DNA from: Octopus bimaculoides
Taxonomy: Eukaryota
Reading direction: 5' to 3'
Assembly (NCBI RefSeq): GCF_001194135.2
Contig: NC_068986.1
Location: 29,092,528-29,126,284 of the forward strand
DNA: 33,757 bases
Part shown: in pieces, positions 1 through 10,485 of the stretch
Position numbering within the stretch: position 1 is the first letter of the stretch
How the letters are laid out: each line of letters begins with the position of its first letter
Made by a program: the position numbers and the translations under genes
The notes under the pieces: model-generated
Told to the model about the DNA's origin: nothing
Databases searched by the model: none
The model's input: the letters and a program-made list of their open reading frames with translations, nothing else

Positions 1-76
1 ATATATATACATATATATAAATATATAGGTGTACTGATTACTTTATCGATTGAATTACCTATGTTTATGTGTGTGA

Positions 77-130
<54 letters not shown>

Positions 131-281
131 ATATATATGTATATATACACATATATATATACATATATATACATATATATATATGTATGTGTGTAATTAT
201 CATACATACGTATGTGCTATGTTTATGAAAGGTAAGCAAACAGAATTGCTTTAATAATAAAAATAATTACAGTTGTGTGTG

Positions 282-333
<52 letters not shown>

Positions 334-520
334 CGTATGTGTGTAATTACATATACATACATATATATACACATATACATATATATACACACACATACAT
401 AGATATATACATACATTCATGTATGTATCCATATATATTCATATATATATATATATATATGTATCTAACTAAATATATAAATATTTGTATGTGTATGTAT
501 GTGTATGAATGAATGAGTGA
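1..520. repeat. Compound (AT)n/(GT)n/(ATAC)n microsatellite block
   Basis: Dinucleotide runs seen directly; the ORFs here are YI/CV/HT repeats. Confidence 0.95.
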
Positions 521-1050
521 TTATATACACAATACTTAAAGAGAAAATTCGATCGTTATCGAGGTGGGGAGAGAGAGAGAAAATATATGTAAAAAAAAAA
601 TAATAAACTCAAAATAAACTATCATTGAATTAGGTACGCCATAAATTCTTTGTTTCCTGTTATTCAAATATACATTTTCTGTTTAATGGCCGTTTCCTTT
701 AGACACAAACAGATTTGCTATTGTTGCGGATAATACCAATATATAAATCAACGGATAAAATTGATAAATTGATAGACAAATAAATTTATCGAAGTATCGA
801 TCTGTGGTTTCTATCACTTTGTTTAAATTCATAAATAGAGCTTATCGATAACTTTTTTGTTTTGTTTTTGAGGACTTTTCTTATGTTTTATTTTTTACTA
901 TTATTTTATCATTATTATTTTATTTTTATTTGTTCATTATTTTTTTTATTTTATTTGTAGCGAACTGTTTGCTTAATATAAATAGAATTAGCTGTCAGTT
1001 ATGATTATAGGATAAATAGCATTATCAATATTTATTTCGAATCAGAATGT

Positions 1051-1172
1051 GGTGGCTTGGAAGAATCGTTAAAGCGGTGTGAAAATGTCTTGGTTATGTT
1101 ATATTTCGTTCTGAGTTCAAATCCCGTCGGGGGTAACTTTCTTCTTCTTTCCGCAGTGAATAAAATAAATAT
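1051..1172 (+). mobile_element. Degenerate SINE family A copy
   Basis: ggtggcttggaagaatcgttaa...gttctgagttcaaatccc...gaataaaataaat aligns with the better copies at 2954, 3375 and 6304. Confidence 0.55.
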
Positions 1173-2953
1173 TATCCAAATTCCAGAACCGATATGATCG
1201 AATGCTTCTTCCAGCACCCAACTTTCATAGAANNNNNNNNNNNNNNNNNNNNNNNNNNNNNNNNNNNNNNNNNNNNNNNNNNNNNATATATATATATATA
1301 TAGTAAGGGCTTACTTCAAACGTTTACCGGTTTGCTCTCAGATATTTAAAATAGGTTATTCAACAGTTAATATATGAATTCAATAATATTCTCATGAGAT
1401 AAGAATTTAAAGATATATTCCGTTGGATAATTCTGAATATATTACCTTAACCATATAGGTTACCTGAAGTATATCGTTGCATTTGCGTCGCTATGTTTGA
1501 ATGGTGATGAAAAAATTCTATTGTTTCTTTAACAATACAAATTTAACGAATATGTATTGATTATCGGTCATAGATAATCATTTATAGAATGAAATTATCA
1601 ATAATATGCGTATTTTTGTGAGAGGAATTTACTCACCGAATACAATTATTTTTATGAAATTAATTTTTGATCTTTGCGAAATTATCTCCCCCTTTCTTTG
1701 GGAGCTACTGCTGGGTTTTTGTTTCCTTTCTCCACCAGAGGGAACTTTAAATTAATGGAGATTTATTTGCATATGTCATTCAGTACTCCACCCTTTTAAT
1801 TTACTAATACAATTAACGATCACTTCAGCTATTGATTATTTTTGTATGTAAATACTATTACTTTTTAATAATCTTATTGACTGTCAATAAAATTATTAAA
1901 AATATCACACTCTACGCCTGTTTTGACTCTCCTTTATTCAGTTAATATTCATTATTTTTATGCATATATAAAAAAAAGACAATTTTAAAAACTATAAATG
2001 CAATTATCAGTAATTCTATTAATAAATTGTTTTTCTGTGTAAATATAATTAACAATCCTCTCAATGAAATATCAATGATCATTTAGACATTTAAAATTTA
2101 TCGGTAATCTTTATATTATTTTCATTGTAAGCAACAAAATGAAATTTGCATGCCTTACAGTTATTGATGACTTAGACATCTATATAAGATTATCAATAAA
2201 TTTAATATTTATCTAAATAGAATTAACTATCATTATTTCGACTACACGTGAATACAATTTAAAATTATTATTCTTTATTATTGAGTATTCATCAGAATAA
2301 AATATGTATGTAATTAATTCTTTCTATTGAAAGCACGGGGCCTGAAAGTTTTAGGGAGGGAGANNNNNNNNNNNNNNNNNNNNNNNNNNNNNNNNNNNNN
2401 NNNNNNNNNNNNNNNNNNNNNNNNNNNNNNNNNNNNNNNNNNNNNNNNNNNNNNNNNNNNNNNNNNNNNNNNNNNNNNNNNNNNNNNNNNNNNNNNNNNN
2501 NNNNNNNNNNNNNNNNNNNNNNNNNNNNNNNNNNNNNNNNNNNNNNNNNNNNNNNNNNNNNNNNNNNNNNNNNNNNNNNNNNNNNNNNNNNNNNNNNNNN
2601 NNNNNNNNNNNNNNNNNNNNNNNNNNNNNNNNNNNNNNNNNNNNNNNNNNNNNNNNNNNNNNNNNNNNNNNNNNNNNNNNNNNNNNNNNNNNNNNNNNNN
2701 NNNNNNNNNNNNNNNNNNNNNNNNNNNNNNNNNNNNNNNNNNNNNNNNNNNNNNNNNNNNNATCGATGAGTGAAACAGTTGGTGCCTCTTGCAATAGGAT
2801 TTCATAATTTTGCAATAATTGATTTGTTTCACAGCACTAGATCTAATCCACTTGTATGCGCCAAAACTCTGAGCATAAATGAACCAGAAAACCTAATCTT
2901 AAGAGACACGTCGACGCTTGTCATTGTTTTTTTAAAATATAGATACAGGGTCT

Positions 2954-3146
2954 AAGGCGGCGAGCTGGCAGAATCGTTAGCACACCAGGCAAAATGCTTA
3001 ACGAAATTTCGTCCGTTCTGAGTTCCAATTCCAGCCTGTCGTGCTTTCGGGCTCGATAAAATAAGTACTGATTGAGCACTGTTGTCTGCGTAATAGATTT
3101 ACCCCATTCCCTGAGCTTGCTGGCCTTGTGCCAAAGTCTGAAACCG
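2954..3146 (+). mobile_element. tRNA-derived SINE family A with diverged TSD
   Basis: Head aaggcggcgagctggcagaatcgttagc (box A-like), box B-like gagttccaattcc, tail gccttgtgccaaagtctgaaacc. Flanked by atatagatacagggtct (2937-2953) and atatagacacgaggttt (3147-3163), 13/17 identical. Confidence 0.85.
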
Positions 3147-3180
3147 ATATAGACACGAGGTTTGCCAGAAATATTTGGAA

Positions 3181-3290
3181 AGGGAGTTAGTCCATTACAT
3201 CGACCCCAGTATATGATTGGCACTTGATTCTATCGACCCTGAAGGGATGAAATACAAAGTTGTCTTCGGCAAGATTTGAACCCAGAGCAC
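3181..3290 (-). mobile_element. SINE family A internal fragment, reverse orientation
   Basis: Reverse complement reads tctgggttcaaatcttgccgaagacaactttgtatttcatcccttcagggtcgatagaatcaagtgcc...ctggggtcgatgtaatggact, matching the body of the + copies. Confidence 0.8.
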
Positions 3291-3374
3291 AGATAGTCAA
3301 AACAAACATTGTATGTTATTCTATCCCACAATCGTTATATTAATTTAAACATGTAAAAACATTATGAGTCATAT

Positions 3375-3593
3375 GAAGGCGGTGAGCTGGCAGAATGGTT
3401 AGCACGCCAGGAAAAATGCTTAGCGGCATTTCATCCGTCTTTACGGTCTGATTTCAAATTCCACCTAAGGTCAACTTTGCCTTTCATCCTTTCGAGGTCG
3501 GTAAAATAAGCACCAGTTGAACACTGGGGTCATTGTAACCGACTTGACCCCATTACTCAAAACTGCGGCCTTGTGCCAAAATTTGAAACCAAT
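3375..3593 (+). mobile_element. Full-length tRNA-derived SINE family A with TSD
   Basis: ggcggtgagctggcagaatggttagc...gatttcaaattcc...gccttgtgccaaaatttgaaacc. Exact 11-bp direct repeat attatgagtca at 3361-3371 and 3594-3604. Confidence 0.9.
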
Positions 3594-3730
3594 ATTATGA
3601 GTCACATAAGTTGGTCATGTTTGAGAGTTTATAGATGTTATTGCCGAGACGGAAGTAAAGCACAAAGGAATTTAATGCGATAAAAAAAAATGGGAAAGGT
3701 AAAGTATCACGTTTTCGTTTAAACCTTCAG

Positions 3731-3890
3731 ATTGGGAAGTAAACCTTTCCTCCCATCCCTGCCAGAATGTGAAGACGTCTTTGAGGAGAATGATCTCGAC
3801 AATAGGTAAGACGAAGGAAGGAAGCGCAGTCATAGTTGCTCCATCTGCTAAAATTGACAGCCAAATCATCCTCAGAACGTACATACCCAG
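3731..3890 (+). CDS. Candidate internal coding exon of an unidentified host gene
   Basis: Pyrimidine-rich acceptor ttttcgtttaaaccttcAG (ends 3730), donor cccag|GTaact (3891), open frame WEVNLSSHPCQNVKTSLRRMISTIGKTKEGSAVIVAPSAKIDSQIILRTYIP, GC higher than flanks. Alternative donor ag|GTaaga at 3806 in another frame. No protein family recognised. Confidence 0.35.
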
Positions 3891-4053
3891 GTAACTTAAA
3901 AGAAAGATTACATGAAATAATGCAGTCTAAGTTACAACGCGAATGTAAAATATAAAGACAGGATGGTCACTACTGTAACGTCTTTAATCATAGCTACTCG
4001 ACTACAGTTAACTTGTAGCAAAAATAGAACAAGTGGCATCTACAAAGTTACTT

Positions 4054-4145
4054 GGGCTGTTAGAAATAGTTTCTAAATTACCCTCAAATTACATCCTACT
4101 ATCGTAAACCGGAACAAAACATTGAATAATTTAGTCGTAGATACA
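4054..4145 (+). repeat. Unclassified dispersed repeat (related copies at 19414-19500 minus and 19585-19680 plus)
   Basis: catcctactatcgtaa...acattgaataatttagtc matches the reverse complement of 19414-19500 (catcttactgtcttaa...acattggatgatattgtc). Confidence 0.5.
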
Positions 4146-4652
4146 CTATGCCCGAATAGATTTAAAAGAGTGAGTCGTTAGCAGCTAGGGCGCAATTTCT
4201 CTTATCTATGATCGTCGGATGTAACATGAGCCTAAAAAAAGAACAATGTAGTCGTGCAGCCTAATGAAATTAAGCTAAATAATCCTCAGTCACTTGCACG
4301 TTAATTTCACGAGCAGGTTGTTCCGTTGATCGGATCAATTGGAACCCTCGACGTCGTAAGCGACGGAGTGCCAACAACAATGTTTGCGGTTTTGTAAAAA
4401 AGATAGTGATAAAATAGATCCCAGACTTACCCTCTCAACATACACGTTTTTGTTTGTTTTTTTTTGTTTTGTTTTTTTCAATTTCTATTCAAAAATAACG
4501 TTTTTTTATTATTTATTTTGAATCGGTATATAAGGAAGAATAAGTACACAGATTATTTTGGATCAGTTATGATTTATTATGAAGCTATTGATATAAATGA
4601 TAGTTATTGATTGTTAATGACAGAAAACAGGAATAACAGCATGAACGAAGTA

Positions 4653-4888
4653 CAGTAATCCCTCGCCATATTGCGGTTCACCTATCGCGCACTCAGTACA
4701 TCGCGGTTCACCTATCACGCACTCAGTATATTGCGGATTTTTCTGTCTAATATATGTAAATTTATATCGCGGATTTTTCAGTACATCACGGGTTTCTGCG
4801 GCCGATAGGTATTTATATTTTTTTAGATTTTAATTATTTCTATGAGAGGTTTTGGAACGTAAACCCCGTGATAGTCGAGGGATTACTG
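4653..4888. mobile_element. Tc1/mariner-superfamily (Tigger/pogo-type) MITE, 236 bp
   Basis: Perfect 13-bp terminal inverted repeats cagtaatccctcg (4653-4665) and cgagggattactg (4876-4888), TA on both sides (4651-4652, 4889-4890), no coding capacity. Confidence 0.9.
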
Positions 4889-4934
4889 TAATTCGGGTTA
4901 GAAATAAGTGACAGATACCCCAGAGTACAGTGAA

Positions 4935-4989
4935 CGTATATTTTCGTTCAAATATATATTTACTAGACATCTCTGAACGAAAATATACG
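4935..4989. repeat. Perfect 16-bp inverted repeat (hairpin, 23-nt loop)
   Basis: cgtatattttcgttca (4935-4950) / tgaacgaaaatatacg (4974-4989). Confidence 0.9.
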
Positions 4990-5010
4990 GGATAATATAT
5001 TAAGAGTTTA

Positions 5011-5100
5011 AAGTAAGTACTGAGAACAATTTGATAGCGTAAGAAACCCCTTGAGGGCGGTGCCTAGTATAGCCTCAGTCCTGTGACTGAATCAAGAAAT
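5011..5100 (+). mobile_element. Degenerate SINE family B 3' tail
   Basis: ggcggtgcctagtatagcctcagtcctgtgactgaatcaag matches the family B tail; hairpin cagtc-ctgt-gactg retained. Confidence 0.65.
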
Positions 5101-5724
5101 AGAGTGATATAATCTGATTCGAATTAATGATCGAACTATTTACTCTTCGATTACTAAACCGGCTCTATATCACCTTAGGCAGTCATAAGCTATGTAATTA
5201 GCATCTCAAACATCATCTTTAAAATTTATCAAATATCTATTGAAGACGCTATTTATATCGCGATTAATAATCTATAAAAATGACTCTGATAACATATTCA
5301 GAAATATTATACCGAATTATTATTATTATTATCGATTATTTCATTATTACGGCAATGATCAATTTCCTAAACGATTACTAATTAATTCTATTTAGATATG
5401 TAAATTACCGACTAAATAATTATCTCTAATTAAAATAAAAGTCAAGGAGATGGAGTGGGGAAATAGTAGAACGAAACAATTTACTGTACGTAGTTAAGTC
5501 ACTTAAAATCAAATCGTTTTATGTTCAATTCTTGTCAGGCACAATTTTATCTTTCAATCCTCCTGGGACAATGACTTATATATGAAGTTACAGTGAATTT
5601 AATCACGCAACCGATATAGATTATATTAATTTTTTTAATTACCATTTATAAAGTAATTTTGTTTCCGAATATGCTATGTTGTGATCGTGGTAGAAGTGAA
5701 AAATAAAAAGAATTCTTCAGATAA

Positions 5725-5795
5725 GAAATTCGCTTCACATCCACGCGGTTCCGGATTCGATTCTACTGCGCGACAGTATTTGCAAGTACATTGCG
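5725..5795 (+). mobile_element. Degenerate SINE family B 5' head
   Basis: cttcacatccacgcggttccggattcgattctactgcgcgacagtatttgcaagt aligns with 6615-6672. Confidence 0.5.
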
Positions 5796-6303
5796 TATCT
5801 ATTCATTGAACCATATGGTAGAGAACCCGAAGACAATTCTTTGACATTTCCTTGCCAGTGTCTCCGTCAGAAATGTGGTGAATCAGTAATTAGGCTACTA
5901 CAAACCAGTAACTGTTTTTATTCCTCACCATTTGTACTACACTATTTCCACCTCCTCCTCCTCATCATCATCATCATCATCATCATCATCCCCGTCATTA
6001 CCATCCCGGCGCTATCATCAAATGCTACCTGCCAAAGGTCTCCGACCGATATTTCCTCTCGACAACTGGCATTTCAGGAACTTTCTTTCCGTTCGCATTT
6101 TCTCCAGTCATCATCCCACAGAGGTTCAAATCCAAAATGTCTGGTCACTACCCCCCTCTCACCACGCTCCTTGAACGCAATACTTTCCTCATAATCAAAA
6201 TTGCATACATAATATTTACATCGCTATCTTTTTACCACATCGAACAAATCAAGTACTCTTGTAAGAATCCATTTACATTTTATCGGCAATATACACTATT
6301 GCA

Positions 6304-6506
6304 AGGCAGAAACGTAAGCACGCCGGGCGAAATGCTTAGCGGTATTTCGTCTCTCCTTATGTTCTGAGTTCAAATTCCGCCGAGGTCGAGCTTGCCTTTC
6401 ATCTTTTCGTGGTCGAAAAATTAGGTACCAGTTGCGTACTAGAGTCGATCTAATCAACTGGACCCCTCCCCTAAAATTTCGTACCTTGTACCTAGAGTAG
6501 AAAAAG
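6304..6506 (+). mobile_element. SINE family A, slightly 5'-truncated, with TSD
   Basis: ggcagaaacgtaagcacgccgggcgaaatgcttagcgg...gagttcaaattccgccgaggtcg. Flanked by atatacactattgca (6289-6303) and atatccattattgca (6507-6521), 13/15 identical. Confidence 0.88.
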
Positions 6507-6589
6507 ATATCCATTATTGCATGTATGTGTAGGTTTATCTTGTAGATATAACTACTAACTACCATATACAAACCTACACGTGCGTGTTT

Positions 6590-6749
6590 AGGAGTGGCTG
6601 TGTGGTAAATAGCTTACTTACCAACCACATGGTCCCGGGTTCAGTCCCAATACGTGGCATCTTGGGCAAGTGTCTTCTACTATAGCCTCGGGCCGACCAA
6701 AGCCTTGTGAGTGGGTTTGGTAGACGGAAACTGAAAGAAGCCTGTCGTA

Positions 6750-6827
<78 letters not shown>

Positions 6828-7033
6828 TGTGTCTGTGTTTGTCCCCCAACATCGCTTGACAACCAATGGTGGTGTGTTTATGTCCCCGTAACTTAGCGGT
6901 TCGGTAAAAGAGACCGATAGAATAAGTACTAGGCTTCTAAAGAATAAGTCCTGGGGTCGATTTGCTCGACTAAAGGTGGTGCTCCAGCATGGCCACAGTC
7001 AAAAGACTGAAACAAGTAAAAGAGTAAAAGAGA
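6590..7033 (+). mobile_element. Full-length tRNA-derived SINE family B (CORE-like motif, internal microsatellite)
   Basis: Pol III box A tggctgtgtgg (6595-6605), box B ggttcagtccc (6638-6648), cttgggcaagt motif resembling the CORE-SINE domain, internal (AT)n(GT)n at about 6750-6825, tail ggtggtgctccagcatggccacagtcaaaagactgaaac followed by (aagtaaaag)-type repeats. Confidence 0.9.
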
Positions 7034-7056
7034 GTATGTATATATATTTATTTTAT

Positions 7057-7168
7057 TCTTTTACTTGTTTCAGTCATTTGACTGCGGCCATGCATGAGCA
7101 CCGCCTTTAGTCGAACAAATCGACCCGAGGACTTATTCTTTGTAAGTTTAGCCTCTTTTGCCGAACTG
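7057..7168 (-). mobile_element. SINE family B 3' fragment, tail-to-tail with the preceding copy
   Basis: Reverse complement matches 6934-7023 with about 9 mismatches over about 90 nt. Confidence 0.9.
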
Positions 7169-8298
7169 GGAAAATCGGAGAGTGGTTGCATGACTTCTCA
7201 AAAGACAAAAGCCGCGGAATCATTAATAGAAAGTGGAATGCCCCAGGGAACTGTACTGGGACCACTACTGTTCTTGGTGGTCTTTTCAGACATGCCATCG
7301 GTTACACAAATAGCCACACTTACTAGCTATACCGACGACACAAAAGTAGTACAAGCAGTCAAGGAACCTTCTGATGCTAATCTTCTACAGAAAGACTAAG
7401 ATACCATATATAAGCGGGCTGTGGACAACAACAAGCAGTTTAATGCAGGCAAATTCCAAGCCCTCCGCTACCAGCTAATTGGTGTTCAGAAGTCACAACA
7501 ACGATACTTTGGACCAAATGGAACGCCAATCCTAGAATTACATACGGTGCGTGATCTTGTTATTGATATGAGCAACGATGCTTCGTTTCACATGTATGTC
7601 ACCAAGATGCTGGCAGTGTGCAGGCGAATGGCCGGATGGATTCTGGAAACCTTCAGAGCAAGGGATCAGAAAACTATGCTGGTCCTATGGAGGACATTTG
7701 TCCTTAACCGTCTGGACTGCTGCTGACACCTGTGGTCACCTTACAGTGTAGGATTCATAGCAGAACTTGAGGCGGTTCAACGTTACTACACAAGGAGGAT
7801 TGCATCGATGGAGTAACTGAACTACTGAGAGGGACTGAGAGAGCTACGACTCTACTCCCTGGAGCGAAGACGGGAGAGGCATGCAGTGATATACGTGTGG
7901 AAGATACTGAAAGGGCTGGCACCAAATTCTTGAATTGAGAGTTATACCAGACCTCGAAATAGCCATCACTGCACTGTTCCAAAAGTCCCAGCTGTCTCAT
8001 CTAAGGAGACGACCATGTACTGCAATAGCTTCGGATTCAAGAGCCCACAGCTATTTAACTCTTTGTCAAAATATATGAGGGATCTACACGGAGTGGGAGT
8101 AGATGTTTTCAAGAAACAGCTTCGCCTCTTGCTGTCCAAGATCCCAGATGAACCAATATCAAGGCAGGAAACTCAAAAGAGGACAGCAGTATCGAATTAC
8201 CACCTTCACCAAAAGCCATTCCCATAGAATTGGCCAATTAAAAGGCGATTATACTGGCGGTACTTTAGCATGGCCGCAGCCTCAGGGCTGGAATATAT
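7168..8298 (+). pseudogene. 5'-truncated, decayed CR1-group non-LTR retrotransposon (RT C-terminal half plus 3' UTR)
   Basis: Broken frames give GKIGEWLHDF..., SGMPQGTVLGPLLF, YTDDTK (YADD motif), FNAGKF, LDCC*HLWSP, LEAVQRYYTRRI, LRLYSLERRRERH, FKKQL..LSKIPDEP. In-frame stops at 7397-7399 and 7724-7726 plus frameshifts. Confidence 0.92.
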
Positions 8299-9879
8299 NN
8301 NNNNNNNNNNNNNNNNNNNNNNNNNNNNNNNNNNNNNNNNNNNNNNNNNNNNNNNNNNNNNNNNNNNNNNNNNNNNNNNNNNNNNNNNNNNNNNNNNNNN
8401 NNNNNNNNNNNNNNNNNNNNNNNNNNNNNNNNNNNNNNNNNNNNNNNNNNNNNNNNNNNNNNNNNNNNNNNNNNNNNNNNNNNNNNNNNNNNNNNNNNNN
8501 NNNNNNNNNNNNNNNNNNNNNNNNNNNNNNNNNNNNNNNNNNNNNNNNNNNNNNNNNNNNNNNNNNNNNNNNNNNNNNNNNNNNNNNNNNNNNNNNNNNN
8601 NNNNNNNNNNNNNNNNNNNNNNNNNNNNNNNNNNNNNNNNNNNNNNNNNNNNNNNNNNNNNNNNNNNNNNNNNNNNNNNNNNNNNNNNNNNNNNNNNNNN
8701 NNNNNNNNNNNNNNNNNNNNNNNNNNNNNNNNNNNNNNNNNNNNNNNNNNNNNNNNNNNNNNNNNNNNNNNNNNNNNNNNNNNNNNNNNNNNNNNNNNNN
8801 NNNNNNNNNNNNNNNNNNNNNNNNNNNNNNNNNNNNNNNNNNNNNNNNNNNNNNNNNNNNNNNNNNNNNNNNNNNNNNNNNNNNNNNNNNCAAAACAAGA
8901 AGAAAAATAATGAACTAAACTAGCCATAGATAATCCTTTACCCTTTTAATTGTAATATATATATATATATATATATAGAAGAGAGAGAGGGGGTGAGTGA
9001 GACGTTACTTGTTAGATAAGTAGATAAATGAACTACGCTTTTATCCGTTTTCATGTAACTGTGATTTAGATATTTAAACACAATCGGTTCCCAGTGTTTC
9101 TATCCTCAGAGAACTCAACTGTTACGACCACCGGCTCCACCAGCATCAGCATTCTTTAAACAGCTCCTTATTATATGCTTTCGCCCACCTGCCCGCCCGC
9201 CCGCTCTGCAGTGACACACCATTCATTCCCAAACACCATGCATGCATCTGGTTAATTGGTCAAGCGAATAATTAATTAATTAAACACTTTAGTTTTATTG
9301 TAGCCATTCAGCTAAACAAAATCTTTAATATAAATATTCGATGTATTGTTCTGCATATTCAGTCATTTATCTGACAAAAATTTCAACTAACTTCCATTAC
9401 AAGCTCAACACGCCGTCCTTCCCTTCTTCCTTCCTATCTTCCTCCGCCGCCCTTGCTCGTGTGCTGCTTACATCTAAGGTTTAATTTACATCACATCACG
9501 TCAAGTCGTAATCGTCAGATATGATATAACTCCCAGGGAACGAACATAATTTCAGTCACATCGAAGCCTGTTTGGTAAAGAGATTCCATGTGTTGTGTAA
9601 TTCAGCAGAAGTTTATATTATCTAGATAATATATCTATCACACGGTGAAAATAATGTTCTGTAAGTTACAGGGATAGATTTGTGCTTACGATAATGGAAA
9701 ATGTGGATTCGTGCCTATGTTGTTTTGCTGCCACCAAGAATTGTTACAGAAATATATTGATGGAATCACGCAACCATTTTATACATGTCTTGTACTATTT
9801 CGTTGCATGTTTCTTTATTCATGTGTGTAAATATATAGGTAGACATATTGGTCTGTATGTCGGAAAGACATGGGTACTG

Positions 9880-10439
9880 TGTTTGTGTGTGTGTGTACGT
9901 TCGTAGATTTGCGTATATAAATGTATTTCTTTATTGGTGTGTGTATATATGCGAATACGTGTATATAACACAATATTTGTCTGAATTGTGTGTGTGTGTA
10001 TGTGTGTGTATTCATTCATTCTTTGAAATGTATGAGTGTATATATATATGTATTTGTTTTGTAACTGTGGTCGACCATGGACATTCGGGTCCATTTGTTC
10101 ATGTAAGCTTGTATTTATGTGCATATATATGCATTAATGCATGTGTGTGTGAGTGTGTGTGTGTGCGCGTGTGCGCATGTGCGTGTATATATATATATAT
10201 ATATATATATAATGTATACATTATGTATATACGTATATTTATGTATGTATATATATATATGTATATATGTACATATATGTATACATATGTAAGTATATAT
10301 ATATATGCATATATATATATATATACACGCATGTATATATATGTATACACATATATATGCATGCATATATGTATACACACATACACACGTGCGTGTGCGT
10401 ATGTATACAAACTTGCAGAATTTCATGCATACGTTTCGG

Positions 10440-10485
<46 letters not shown>

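Noticed and set aside
1320-1345. Minus-strand ctgagagcaaaccggta resembling a minimal hammerhead
   Set aside because: Needs two core deletions and has no stem I pairing.
3672-3884. Hydrophobic minus-strand ORF (IWLSILADGATMTALPSFVLPIVEIILL)
   Set aside because: Antisense to the + strand exon candidate, whose splice signals are stronger; no family recognised.
5841-6194. ORFs over a moderately GC-rich patch with an acceptor-like ttttctccag
   Set aside because: Start in a (CAT)n repeat, no good donor, no recognisable protein.
6590-6670. tRNA gene
   Set aside because: Box A/B are present but the sequence continues into a SINE body without an acceptor stem; it is a SINE head.
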